A stretch of DNA of 64,000 nt from Azolla caroliniana (taxonomy: Eukaryota > Plantae > Polypodiophyta), in the NCBI GenBank assembly GCA_043228905.1, contig JBHGNT010000013.1, forward strand, positions 8,990,001-9,054,000, read 5' to 3'. The notes below the pieces were generated by a model. The model was not told the origin of the DNA. It did not search any database and was given only the letters and a program-made list of their open reading frames with translations. The translations under genes and the position numbers were made by a program. Position 1 is the first letter of the stretch. Every line of letters begins with the position of its first letter. This document shows, one piece after another, positions 1-9,841 of the stretch.

Positions 1-843
1 AAGATCGGGAATCAAAAGGAAGGTGATCAAGGGTTCAGAACGAGTCTGGGAGGATCGGCATCAGAGCCGAAACTCCAGACATTGGAGAATCAAGTCAGGC
101 GGGGCTTGGTTGATCATAGAGCAGACACTATCCACCGACACCACTAAAAGGGTCGGTGGCTTGGGACGAGTCGATGAAAGACGTTACGAAATCGGTTAGC
201 CCACATCTTGTCCGGAGACTTCTGCAGTTCGGCCGACGTGGCAACGTGAGACCGAAAGAGATGGAACATGGAGGCGGGAATGCAACACGGAGAGCGACGA
301 CGAGTCCGAGGAAAGCACAAGGGTCAAAGCAGAGAGCAAAGACCGGTCCTATGGGTCACCTCACACCGGATCTAGATGCACCGGCAGCCGGCAACGAGAG
401 TCGACGTGAGACCTAGAGTAATGAACGGTGGCGGTAGGAGAACGGGACCCGCCGAACCAGAGAATGACGGGCAAACCCGGACTAGAATTGGGCGGAGCGG
501 ACTTCTAGATAACCGATCCAGAAGGGAGGAAGAGGGAGGAAGAGGGAGGCCTACGGAGAGGCCGGAACATGATACGATGGTACGATGAGAGAGGGTGTGC
601 ATCGAGCCAACCTATCAACTTGCAGACAAAGACGACCTGGGATAAGGGTCAGAGAAACGACGAGCCCGAGGAGGATCCTTCACACCGGTTCTAGAGACTC
701 CGGCAGTCGGCCCGTGAGTTGGCATGAGACCTAGAGTGATGAATGGTGGCGGTGAGGGGACGAAGGGGAAGGACTGCGGATGGGCGGTCTACACAGATCC
801 TCACACAGATCCGCGCAATCGGCCCGAATGCCGACGTGAGTCT

Positions 844-3800
844 TGTTGAGAGACAAGCTCAACATCGGCCGGATCGGCTGAAGAAGCCGAGGACCAGATC
901 GGTTGGGACCGATCGGTTAGGCCGAGTGCGTAAACCGGGAGGTCGTTAGGAAAGATATTCCGTGAGGAATATATTTGGGAGTTAGTGTAGGAGCTCTTCA
1001 TGAGCATTGAAGTACTGTCAGTACTTCGGTCAGTCCTTCTAGGACTTGTATAAAAGTGTTCACTGAGCACGTCTTATGTACAGATTGAGTATTCTTGTTG
1101 AATATAGTTTTTTGTGTCTTCTCTCTCACTCTCTCTGTCTCTCCGCGTATACCGTTTAAGCTTAAGCTCTCCATTGAACCTGAGTTTCCTTCCTTCTGTT
1201 CGGTCTTCATACTTGCTTCCGCACGTTACTTTTTACATGGTATCGGAGTGCGAGGGTTGAGAACCTCTCTGTAGCCGACACAGCTTGACGAAGAAGAATG
1301 AGAAGAACGATGGATAGAGGCATGGCGAGCTTGCTTCCAACAGAGAAGCTCGACAGAACCAACTACGCGTCTTGGTCCTACAAGATGCACCAGTACCTGC
1401 TCGGGCACGGCTACTGGAGTTATGTCGAAGGAGCTAATGACGCGGCACCCGAATCGACACACAGAGACTTCCCGTCGTGGGAGCAATCGGCGAGCAGGGT
1501 ATTGTACTGCTTCGCGTCGTGTGTTGGCGAACAACTATTGAGCTATGTTCGGGATGCAAAGACGCCGAAGGGTGCGTGGGAAAATCTGAAGAAGATTTTC
1601 GCCGCGAGCACCACAGCCAGGAAGCTTCAGCTCCGACAAGAGTTGAGAAACCTACGACAACGCGATTCGTTGGTGGCGAACTATACCTCGAAGATCAAGG
1701 ATATCTGCGACTCCCTCGCCTCCATAGAGGTGAACATCGAGGAGAGCGAGATGGTCCAGATCTGTCTCGGAGGTTTGGCGTTGAAGTTTGGAGCGTTCCG
1801 AACGACTGTGTGTACCCGGGAGAATACGTCGTCCTTTTTCGACTTACAGTCAATGCTCCTGGTAGAGGAGAACCACGCGGTTGCGTCTACAAGCACGCAC
1901 GCCGACAACAAAATGTTGTACACGGAGGGAGATAGGCCCCGTGGACGTGAAGGACGAGGCGAGTCGGCGCGCAATGGAGGCGGCCGACGAGATCAACGAA
2001 GAAGGCACTGAAGTGATGCCGACATCAACTCTGGACCCTTCGGAAACAGGGGGAGTCGAAGCGATGAGAACCGTCAAGGGAAGACCATCGCGGAGTGCTG
2101 GTACTGTGGCAAGAAAGGCCACAGGGAAAGTGAGTGCTGGAAGAAGTGCACCGATTCGGAGAGAACTGGTTCCGGGAACGGCTCTAGACATACCGACAAG
2201 GGAAATCGGCAGCAATCGCACTACGCCGAAGACTCCGGGAGAGCCGGAGAAGGGACTGCCTTCGTGACGAGACACGAAGCAAACTCAATGAAACAGACCA
2301 CCCCGAGATCGGACGAGGTGTGGTACGTAGACTCCGGCGTGTCAAACCACATGACGAGCCATAAGGAGTGGTTCTCGTACCTTGAAAAACCGATACAACC
2401 TGGAGTAGTCGCAACTGGAGACGACACTTCGCATCCAATTGCGAATGTCGGAGAAGTTCCCCTTAGCCATGTCGGGCAGAAAGGGAAACTCATGAACGTG
2501 TTGCACGTCCCGTCAATCACGAAAAACTTGGTCTCGGTCGGACAGATCGTCGACCAAGGGATGGAGGTTCAGTTTACACACCTAGGGTGCTTCATTGAGG
2601 AAGAAGGCCGTGTGATTGCGCAAGGGCGTAGAGACGGGAGGATGTTCATCCTCCAATCCACTGACGGCGGCACCGCAATGTTCGCAAAGGGACAAAAGAC
2701 CGAGTCGGACATCGACTTGTGGCACAAGCGGATAGGCCACGTCAACCACCAACGGCTTCAAGATCTGCAATCGAAACAGGTAGTATTCGGATTGCCCAAG
2801 TTTAGTGGCCGAAAGGCACGAATTTGTGAAGCCTGCCAGCTCGGGAAGCAACACCGACTTCCTTTCCCCAACGAGCGAAACCGGAGCCGGAACAAGCTCA
2901 ACCTTATACACTCGGATGTGTGGGGTCCGGCACAAAATGTTAGCCTTGGCGGGAGCCGATATTTCGTCTCCTTCATCGACGACCACACGCGGCACACGTG
3001 GATCTACCTCATTGAGAGGAAGAGCGAAGTCTTCGACTGTTTCCGGGACCTCAAAGGGTTCGTGGAAACGGAAACGGGACGAAAGATCAAGTGCCTGCGG
3101 TCGGATGGCGGGAAAGAGTACTTTTCCGGTCAATTCAACGGTTACCTACAACAAATGGGAATTCGCCGCGAATTCAGTTGTAGATACACGCCAGAGCAGA
3201 ACAACGTGGCCGAGAGAAAGAATCAATCAGTTGTGGAAGCGGCACGGGCAATGCTGGAGGAGAAGAGCTTGCCCAAGTTCTACTGGGCCGAGGCGGTAAG
3301 GACCGCAGTATACATCCAGAACCGGATTGGAGACAAAGTGTCGGCGTACGAGCTATATTTCGGAACGAAGCCGAACTTGCGACACTTGAGGGTGTTCGGT
3401 AGCATTGCGTATGTGCATATACCGAAGGAGAAAAGGAGGAAGCTGGACGCAAAGGCCGATAAATGCATCTTGGTCGATTACTCGGACGAGCAGAAGGGTT
3501 ATAAGTGCTATAACCCTCGCACCAAACAAGCGCGTGTCAGCCGCGACGTTGTGTTTGACGAGTCCGCGTCCTGGTACCTACCCCCGACTACGAACCTCGA
3601 CTCCAATCCGAGCTCTGACGATGAGGTCAGCGAGGCCGAGATGCCTCCGGATGAGCCCGAAATCGAGACCCGCGAAGAGAGTCCGATTTCACTCCGGTTA
3701 AGTGGACCGATTGGACGACTGAGTCGGTACGACCAGTCCGATGAAGAGCCGGCGAGTAGTGGAGACTCGGCCGTGCATTCCCCATGCAGGAAGCCGAGGA

Positions 3801-5361
3801 GACGGCTTATGCGCAAAGAGAAAGGGAAGAAGAAGGTGTCGGATTCCGGCATGGATAGGAACGAGTCAGACCGACGCGAGTCCGACTCCGAGGAAACCGG
3901 TGATGGGTCTTTAAAAATGAAGCAAGCCCCGCGTGCCTAGAACGCGAAGATCACGCAACAACTGCGTCGGATGGGTTTCACCACGTCAAAATCGGACTCT
4001 TCCCTGTTCATCCGGAAAGGTCAACTCGGACCGGTTAGTATTTTACTATATGTTGATGACTTGGTCATCACCGGCGCCGACCTAGGTGAAATCGACCGCG
4101 TGAAGCTCCAGCTTGCGGCATCGTTCGACATGAAGGATCTGGGGGACCTTCATTACTTCCTCGGGATCAAAGTGATCCGTATCCCCGAAGGCATATTGAT
4201 CAGCCAACGTCACTACGTGCTGAGTATGCTCTTCAAATTCGGCATGTCCGACTGTAAGACCGTCTTGACTCCTCTGGACAGAACCGTCAAGCTTCGTCCC
4301 GATATGGGAAAGGTATGCGACCCGACGAGGTTCCGACAAATTGTCGAAAGCCTCATATACTTGACCATCACCCGACCCGACCTCAGTTATCCGGTCGGAG
4401 TGATCAATCAGTTCATGGCGCGACCTACCAAGGAGCACCTTCAGTGTGCGCAACGCGTACTGCGGTACGTAAGCGGCACTAAGGACCGCGGACTGCTATA
4501 TCAAACCGGTGCAGCCGAGCAGTTAGTCGGCTACACCGACGCTGATTGGGCTGGCAACGACGCCGATCGCCGATCCACGTCCGGATACGCGTTCTCTCTT
4601 GGGAGTGCCGCGATCGCGTGGAGCAGTAAGAAGCAGCCGACAATTGCACTGTTGAGCACCGAAACTGAGTACTGAGGAGCGGCTATCGCGACATGCGAAG
4701 CCATATGGTTGAAGCGGCTTCTTAAGGACCTGCAAGAGGAGGTGTCAGATCCGAGGCCTAAGCGGAAGAAAAGGCAACAGGAGAAGCGTCAACACCGCAA
4801 TAGCAGAAGAGCTGATAAGGGCCGCATAAGCAGACAAGCAGACCGGAAGGGTCGAAGCGCGCGGAGTCGAACAGGTCGAGGAGCGCGAGCGAGGCGTGAA
4901 GCCAGGAGGAACCGGAGCTGTGAGCCCGAGGATCCCGAAGAGCCTCAAGTTGAGCTTGAGGGGGAGTGTTGAGAGACAAGCTCAACATCGGCCGGATCGG
5001 CTGAAGAAGCCGAGGACCGGATCGGTTGGGACCGATCGGTTAGGCCGAGTGCGTAAACCGGGAGGTCGTTAGGAAAGATATTCCATGAGGAATATATTTG
5101 GGAGTTAGTGTAGGAGCTCTTCATGAGCATTGAAGTACTGTCAGTACTTCGGTCAGTCCTTCTAGGACTTGTATAAAAGTGTTCACTGAGCACGTCTTAT
5201 GTACAGACTGAGTATTCTTGTTGAATATAGTTTTTTGTGTCTTCTCTCTCACTCTCTCTGTCTCTCTTGCGTATACCGTTTAAGCTTAAGCTCTCCATTG
5301 AACCTAAGTTTCCTCCCTTCTGTTCGGTCTTCATACTTGCTTTCGCACGTTACTTTTTACA
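844..5361 (+). mobile_element. Ty1/copia LTR retrotransposon (copia-1), internally deleted
   Basis: Near-identical LTRs 844-1237 and 4967-5361 (TGTTGAG...TTTTACA); PBS TGGTATCGGAGT 1238-1249 (tRNA-iMet type); PPT GAGGGGGAG 4958-4966; TSD AGTCT/AGTCC. Confidence 0.97.
1298..4972 (+). pseudogene. copia-1 gag-pol (GAG, zinc knuckle, PR, INT, partial RT, partial RNase H)
   Basis: CWYCGKKGH knuckle, WYVDSGVSNHM protease, IHSDVWGP/RSDGGKEY integrase, LYVDDL RT, YTDADWAG RNase H. In-frame stops. Relative to copia-2, the N-half of RT (~3917) and the RNase H C-terminus (~4750) are deleted. Confidence 0.95.
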
Positions 5362-6230
5362 AGTCCTATAGGAGAGATTGGTGGCGGCAGGTGAACGTGA
5401 CCAGCAGAAGAGGTCGACGTGGAGGTCAGGATTACGACGAGAAGAAGACGGCAAGCGATGCTGCCGCGACCTTACACACACCGGTTCTAGACACTCCAAC
5501 GGTCGGCCCGAGAGTCGGCGTAAGACCTAGAGTAAGGAACGGTGGCGGTGGCAAGGCAGGCAACCGAAGTTAGAAGGGGAGGTCCCACGAGATCCTCAGA
5601 TAGATTCGACGGTCGGCCCGAGTGCCGACGTGAGTCCTATAGGAGAGATCGATGGCGACAGGAAAATGTGATCGGACGACGGAAACTAGGGCGAAAGGAG
5701 GTATGAGGCCGACGAGGCGACCACGAACTGGATACGGACCCGACCGGCAGAGTAGGCAAGTCAAAGGTCGAACGCGCTTGGCACACGAGTCGGTGACCCA
5801 ACAAAATGGATGCCCGAGAAGGATCCTTCGCACCTACTTGGAGACCCCGACTGTTCGGCCAAGGGTAATATAAGAAAGCTATGTTATTATATCTTTTGGA
5901 TCTTTATGTTCTACTTTGTTGTCATGTGAATCTTCTCACACTATGTAAAAATATAATGAAATAATAATTATAGATTAGATTAGTAGCTTACTATAGAAAG
6001 ATGGATATACTCAAGAGCTTCAAAATGTATTTTACTATATACAAAATGGAGAAATACATATCAAGTTATGTGAAAATAAAGTTTGAGAAGATAGGGAAAT
6101 TAGAACTTTCCCACATAGATAGGAAAGTTAAGGCCCTGGCTATATAAGCACCTTGAGCTCCCTCATTTTTCATTTGTGCTAAGAGCACTTTGGCCACTTT
6201 GTCTTGATGGATGATGGTTAGCCAAATTCC

Positions 6231-6590
6231 CTAAAACTGGAAACCGGCCGATAAACAAATCCAGAAACCGGCTGGTAAGCAAATCCGAAAACCGGTCTAG
6301 TAAGCAAATTCGGAAACCGGCCGGTAAGCAAACCGGAACCGGAAATCGGTTGGTATGCAAACCGGAAAAAGGCCGGTAAGCAAAACCGGAACCGGAACCG
6401 GCAAGCAAAACCGGAACCGGCCGGCAAGCAAAACTGGAATCCGGAAACCGGTCGGTAAGCAAAACCGGAAACCAGCCGGTAAGCAAAACCGGAACTGGAA
6501 CTGGCAAGCAAACTGGAACCGGAACCGGCCGGCAAGCAAAATGGAACCGGCTGGCGAGAGATTCGGCGATCGGGCGGAACCGGCAACCGG
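6231..6590. repeat. Minisatellite built from AAACCGG / AACCGGCCGGTAAGC modules
   Basis: More than 10 imperfect ~23-30-bp copies are directly visible. Confidence 0.9.
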
Positions 6591-6888
6591 ACGAGGTTGG
6601 ACGTGGACAGACGGAAGATTGGATCATGCAACAAACTAAAGTAAAGTGAAGAGAATTAAAGTAAAGGCCATGTGGACACAAGCAACTAAAGTTGGAGTGC
6701 ATGCAAAAAGTAAAGGTCATGTGGACGGTCAAATGCAACTAAACGAAAAAGCTATGCAACTAAAAGAAAAAGTTAAGCAACTAAAAGTAGAGGCCATGCA
6801 ATAAAAAGTGGACATGCAAATGATCAAGGGAGAACTTCATATAAAATTCAATTAATTTTCTTTTCCTTCTCAGCTCCCCTATCTTATT

Positions 6889-7150
6889 GAAGCCATATCT
6901 CTCAAGTAAACCCTAATTTTCTTATCGAAGCCATATCTCTCAAGTAACCCCTAATTTCCTTACGGAAGCCATATCTCTCGAGTAAACCCTAATTTTCTTA
7001 TCGAAGCCATAACTCTCACTAATCCTAATCTTCTCTACGGAAGCCATAACACTCAAAAACCCTAATCTTCCCTACGGAAGCCATAATACTCATATAACCT
7101 AATCCTAACTTTCCCTACGGAAGCCATATCACTCAAAACCCCTAATTTTT
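6889..7150. repeat. ~38-bp tandem repeat (7 copies) containing telo-box-like AAACCCTAA
   Basis: GAAGCCATATCTCTCAAGTAAACCCTAATTTTCTTATC units start near 6889, 6927, 6965, 7003, 7040, 7077 and 7120. Confidence 0.9.
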
Positions 7151-7358
7151 CTTTTCTATTAATCTTAGTAAACCTAAAACTTCTAAATCCCAATCTTGGG
7201 ACAAATTGTAATTTCATTTTCCTTTGTTAATGAAAATTATTAAATTTCTTCTTTCCATTAATTGTTAAAAATATAAACGCACGAATGTAGTTATCCTCTG
7301 GTCGGAGACCCCGGGGTCCTACCCCAAGTTCGCGTGTCCTCGTCATATTTTTGCGACA

Positions 7359-7541
7359 CTGTTCTGCACTCAATGTATGAATCTTACGCGTGTAATTGGT
7401 GTATGTTGTGAATATGAATACCGAACCGAAAGACAACCAGCTATGGCTGTCAAGTGTTGAATCTCTTACCGTAATCACCCTTTGGTGAAGTGTTCCGAAG
7501 GGACACCTTGTGTTAGAGGCAAGTCTGGCCCAAGAGTAACA
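7359..7541 (+). mobile_element. 3' end (R/U5) of an LTR of the Athila-like family also seen at 33305 and 60984
   Basis: Shares ATCTTACGCGTGT and CACCCTTTGGTGAAGTGT..GACACC..TGTGTT..GGCC..AACA with those LTR ends. Followed by copia gag rather than a PBS. Confidence 0.75.
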
Positions 7542-8642
7542 ATTGAGTGCTCCTTGACCCTCTCGCGTGGTTTTCTTCGATAATGAGCATCGATTGCAGG
7601 TCGAAGAAGGATAGTGGTTTCTCTTGGGTGAGGATAGCAATTCGGATGGAGCCATACCTTTGAGCCAGACCACCGAGGCAGATTTGCACCATTTCGTCCT
7701 CGTCTATCATGACGTCAATGGACCCTAGTGTGTTGCAAATCTCCTTTGTCTTTGCGGTGTAGTCTAAAACTGACATATCCTTTTGTCGGATATTGTTCAG
7801 TTCTTGCCGAAGTTGTAGCTTCTGGGCTAAGGTACTTGCGGCGAAAATCTTTTTCAGATTTTCCCAAGCCTATTTCGGTGTCTTAGCATCTCTAATGTAG
7901 TCGATCATCTAGTTGTGCACGGAGGACGCAAGGTAATATAGAACTCTGCTTGCTCCTTGTTCCCATGCCGGGAACTCCTTTCGTGATGACTCTGACGCTA
8001 TTTCATTTGCACGATCAACATAACTCTAGTATCCGTTTCCAACCAGATACTAGGGCATCTTGTATGACCAGGATGCAAGTTGTGTCTGTCAAGCTTCTAT
8101 GTTGGAAGCGAGCTTACGATACCTTTCTCCATCTTTTGCTCTTTACCGGGTGTTCGGGTTTGTCTTCAATAATCGCTCGTGGATTGCGGAGGTTGTCAAC
8201 CCTTGCGCTCTGATACCATGAAAAGTTGATATGCAGAAGCTTTGACAAACTGGTTCAGCCGGATAGCAACAAAGAGAGTACAGGTGTAATGGAAACCTTA
8301 TGAGACACAAATAGAGAGTGCGAGAGATAGAGAGAGCAGAATAGCATAAACTATATTAAAAAAATAATACTTTGTACATAGGATGTGCTTAGTGAGCACT
8401 TTTTATACAAGTCCACAAGGGACTGACAAAAGTACTATGTACTTCAATGCTGAAACGAGCAGCTGACACTAACTATGAGGACCATGACTACCTAGTAGTT
8501 TAGAAGCATAGACCTCTAAACGGCCTACCGGTATGCATGTGGTTCCGGCTCTCCGATCAGTCTCGCCAATCCTGGTCCGGGTCCTGGTTCCGGGTACTAT
8601 TCGGACACCGATCCGGATACGCTTGAGCTTGTTTGCGCAACA
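7542..8642 (-). mobile_element. 5' part of a copia element (same family as copia-1/2): 5' LTR 8219-8642, PBS, degenerate gag 7542-8132
   Basis: Minus strand reads TGTTGCGCAAACAAGCTC...TTTTCA, then TGGTATCAGAGCGC (8205-8218). Gag peptide EDEMVQICLGGLA...FFDLQSMLIIEENH. Confidence 0.9.
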
Positions 8643-9019
8643 GTTAAAGAAAAACTTCAAAGTTATAAATTAGTTAGAAACTTGAGAGAGAGACTACACA
8701 TACAAGGAGGGAGAGAGAGAGAGATAGAGAGAGGGAGAGAGAGGGAGGGAGGGAGCTTGTATACTACATAGTGGATCGTTTGAGAGAGAGTGAGAGAGAG
8801 GGAGAGGGAGACTACACTGACGTGAGAGAAACCAAGAAAGAAACAGAGGAATGGAGGTTTCCAAACCAGTTCACAAACTAGTTTCCAAGCCGGTTCACAA
8901 ACTAGTTTAGAGATAGGTTTGGTTCTGGTTTGAGAAACTAAAAATGGTTTAGGCTTAACTGGTTTGGCTTGGATAAGGCCAAACCGGTTAAGCCTAAACC
9001 GAACCATTGCCGATCCCTA
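8643..9019. mobile_element. Possible end of a non-autonomous hAT-type DNA transposon/MITE
   Basis: Ends in CCATTGCCGATCCCTA (reverse complement TAGGGATCGGCAATGG, hAT-like TIR) with subterminal GGTTT/AAACC repeats and a long hairpin at 8946-9000. The other end is not visible. Confidence 0.45.
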
Positions 9020-9384
9020 GTGACGGATGCCTTTCTGCTACCATTTACGAATGGCGTATTCGACGCGGTAGCCAGACATGAAGTTTACCACTTCCTAGAA
9101 GGATTTAGCGGGTCTAATCAAATCTGGATGACTAGAAAAAGATGGCCTTCATGACAGAATGGGGAGTGTTTGTTACAATTTTCATGATGTCTGGGCTAAA
9201 GATAGTACCGATAACATTTCAACGAATTATAATGGAAATATTCGGATAATATATTCCAGCCTTCATGCATGTGTTTCTAGATGATTTTGCTGTTTATAGC
9301 CTTCAGAAGACCACTTGGACCATCTCCGGATGTGTCTTGAGGAATGTCAGGGATACAGATTAAGTTTAAATCAGGCAAAGTGTG
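9020..9384 (+). pseudogene. Degenerate Athila-like RT fragment (host of the chromovirus), left part
   Basis: TDAFLLPFTNGVFDAVARHEVYHFLEGFSG...FLDDF...LSLNQAKC, paralogous to 36980-37360. Confidence 0.85.
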
Positions 9385-9784
9385 TATCAAGATTTGAACT
9401 TGTAACTGATAGACAAGGGTCTGACACTCTAACCAATACGCCAACTAACTTTAATTAACAAATATATTTTCATATTATTATTATTCAAGTATTATGGGCA
9501 CAAGACACAATAGATAATCGCCAAATGGCAGGCATGGATGTACGCCAAGTGGCACACAACATGTATGCCAAATGGCGATCATGCACAACCTACGTACACT
9601 ATATAAGTGGAAGATCTGCTTAGTGTTGAACCATTCTGGTTCAACACCAGTCTTCAGCAAACTTGTAATCTTGTTTTTCAGCAATAGAAATTCTTGTCTT
9701 CTTGTCTTGTAAGTGTCTTCTCGTTTGTTATTATCTTCTTTTCTTCCAAATCAACATCGTCTTCGAAGCTTGGGTCGTGATAGT

Positions 9785-9796
9785 TTGAACCGGAAT
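9785..9796 (+). promoter_or_regulatory. Self-priming PBS (Tf1 type)
   Basis: TTGAACCGGAAT is the exact reverse complement of ATTCCGGTTCAA in the LTR (48427-48438; 9633-9644 with one C>T), which lies ~33 nt after TATATAA. No TGG-starting tRNA PBS. Confidence 0.85.
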
Positions 9797-9841
9797 CCCA
9801 CATTTTTTTTCTCGAGTATCTAGTGAAGTTTTCCTGTCACA

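Larger units (their letters stand above)
195..5865. repeat. Degenerate array of ~80-bp units with variable spacers (195-843 and 5362-5865), split by copia-1; probably the 3' UTR of a large gypsy-type element
   Basis: Motif ~GATCCTTCACACCGGTTCTAGAGACTCCGGCAGTCGGCCCGAGAGTCGGCGTGAGACCTAGAGTAATGAACGGTGGCGGT recurs near 200, 357, 673, 795(+5362), 5468, 5590 and 5821 (partial). Confidence 0.7.
5852..7358 (+). mobile_element. Probable 1.5-kb LTR of a large gypsy-type element (3' LTR if on +)
   Basis: TGTTCGG...TTGCGACA termini; TATATAAG at 6141 followed by a pyrimidine-rich leader; internal tandem repeats. No partner LTR in the window, so the left boundary and orientation are uncertain. Confidence 0.55.

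Noticed and set aside
52-77. CGGCATCAGAGCC resembling a tRNA-iMet PBS
   Set aside because: No adjacent LTR end or gag, and the match is short.
195-5865. CRISPR array
   Set aside because: Units are long and degenerate, spacer lengths are very uneven, there are no cas genes, and the context is eukaryotic retroelements.
6163-6738. Overlapping 80-190 aa ORFs
   Set aside because: They are translations of the CCGG-rich minisatellite.
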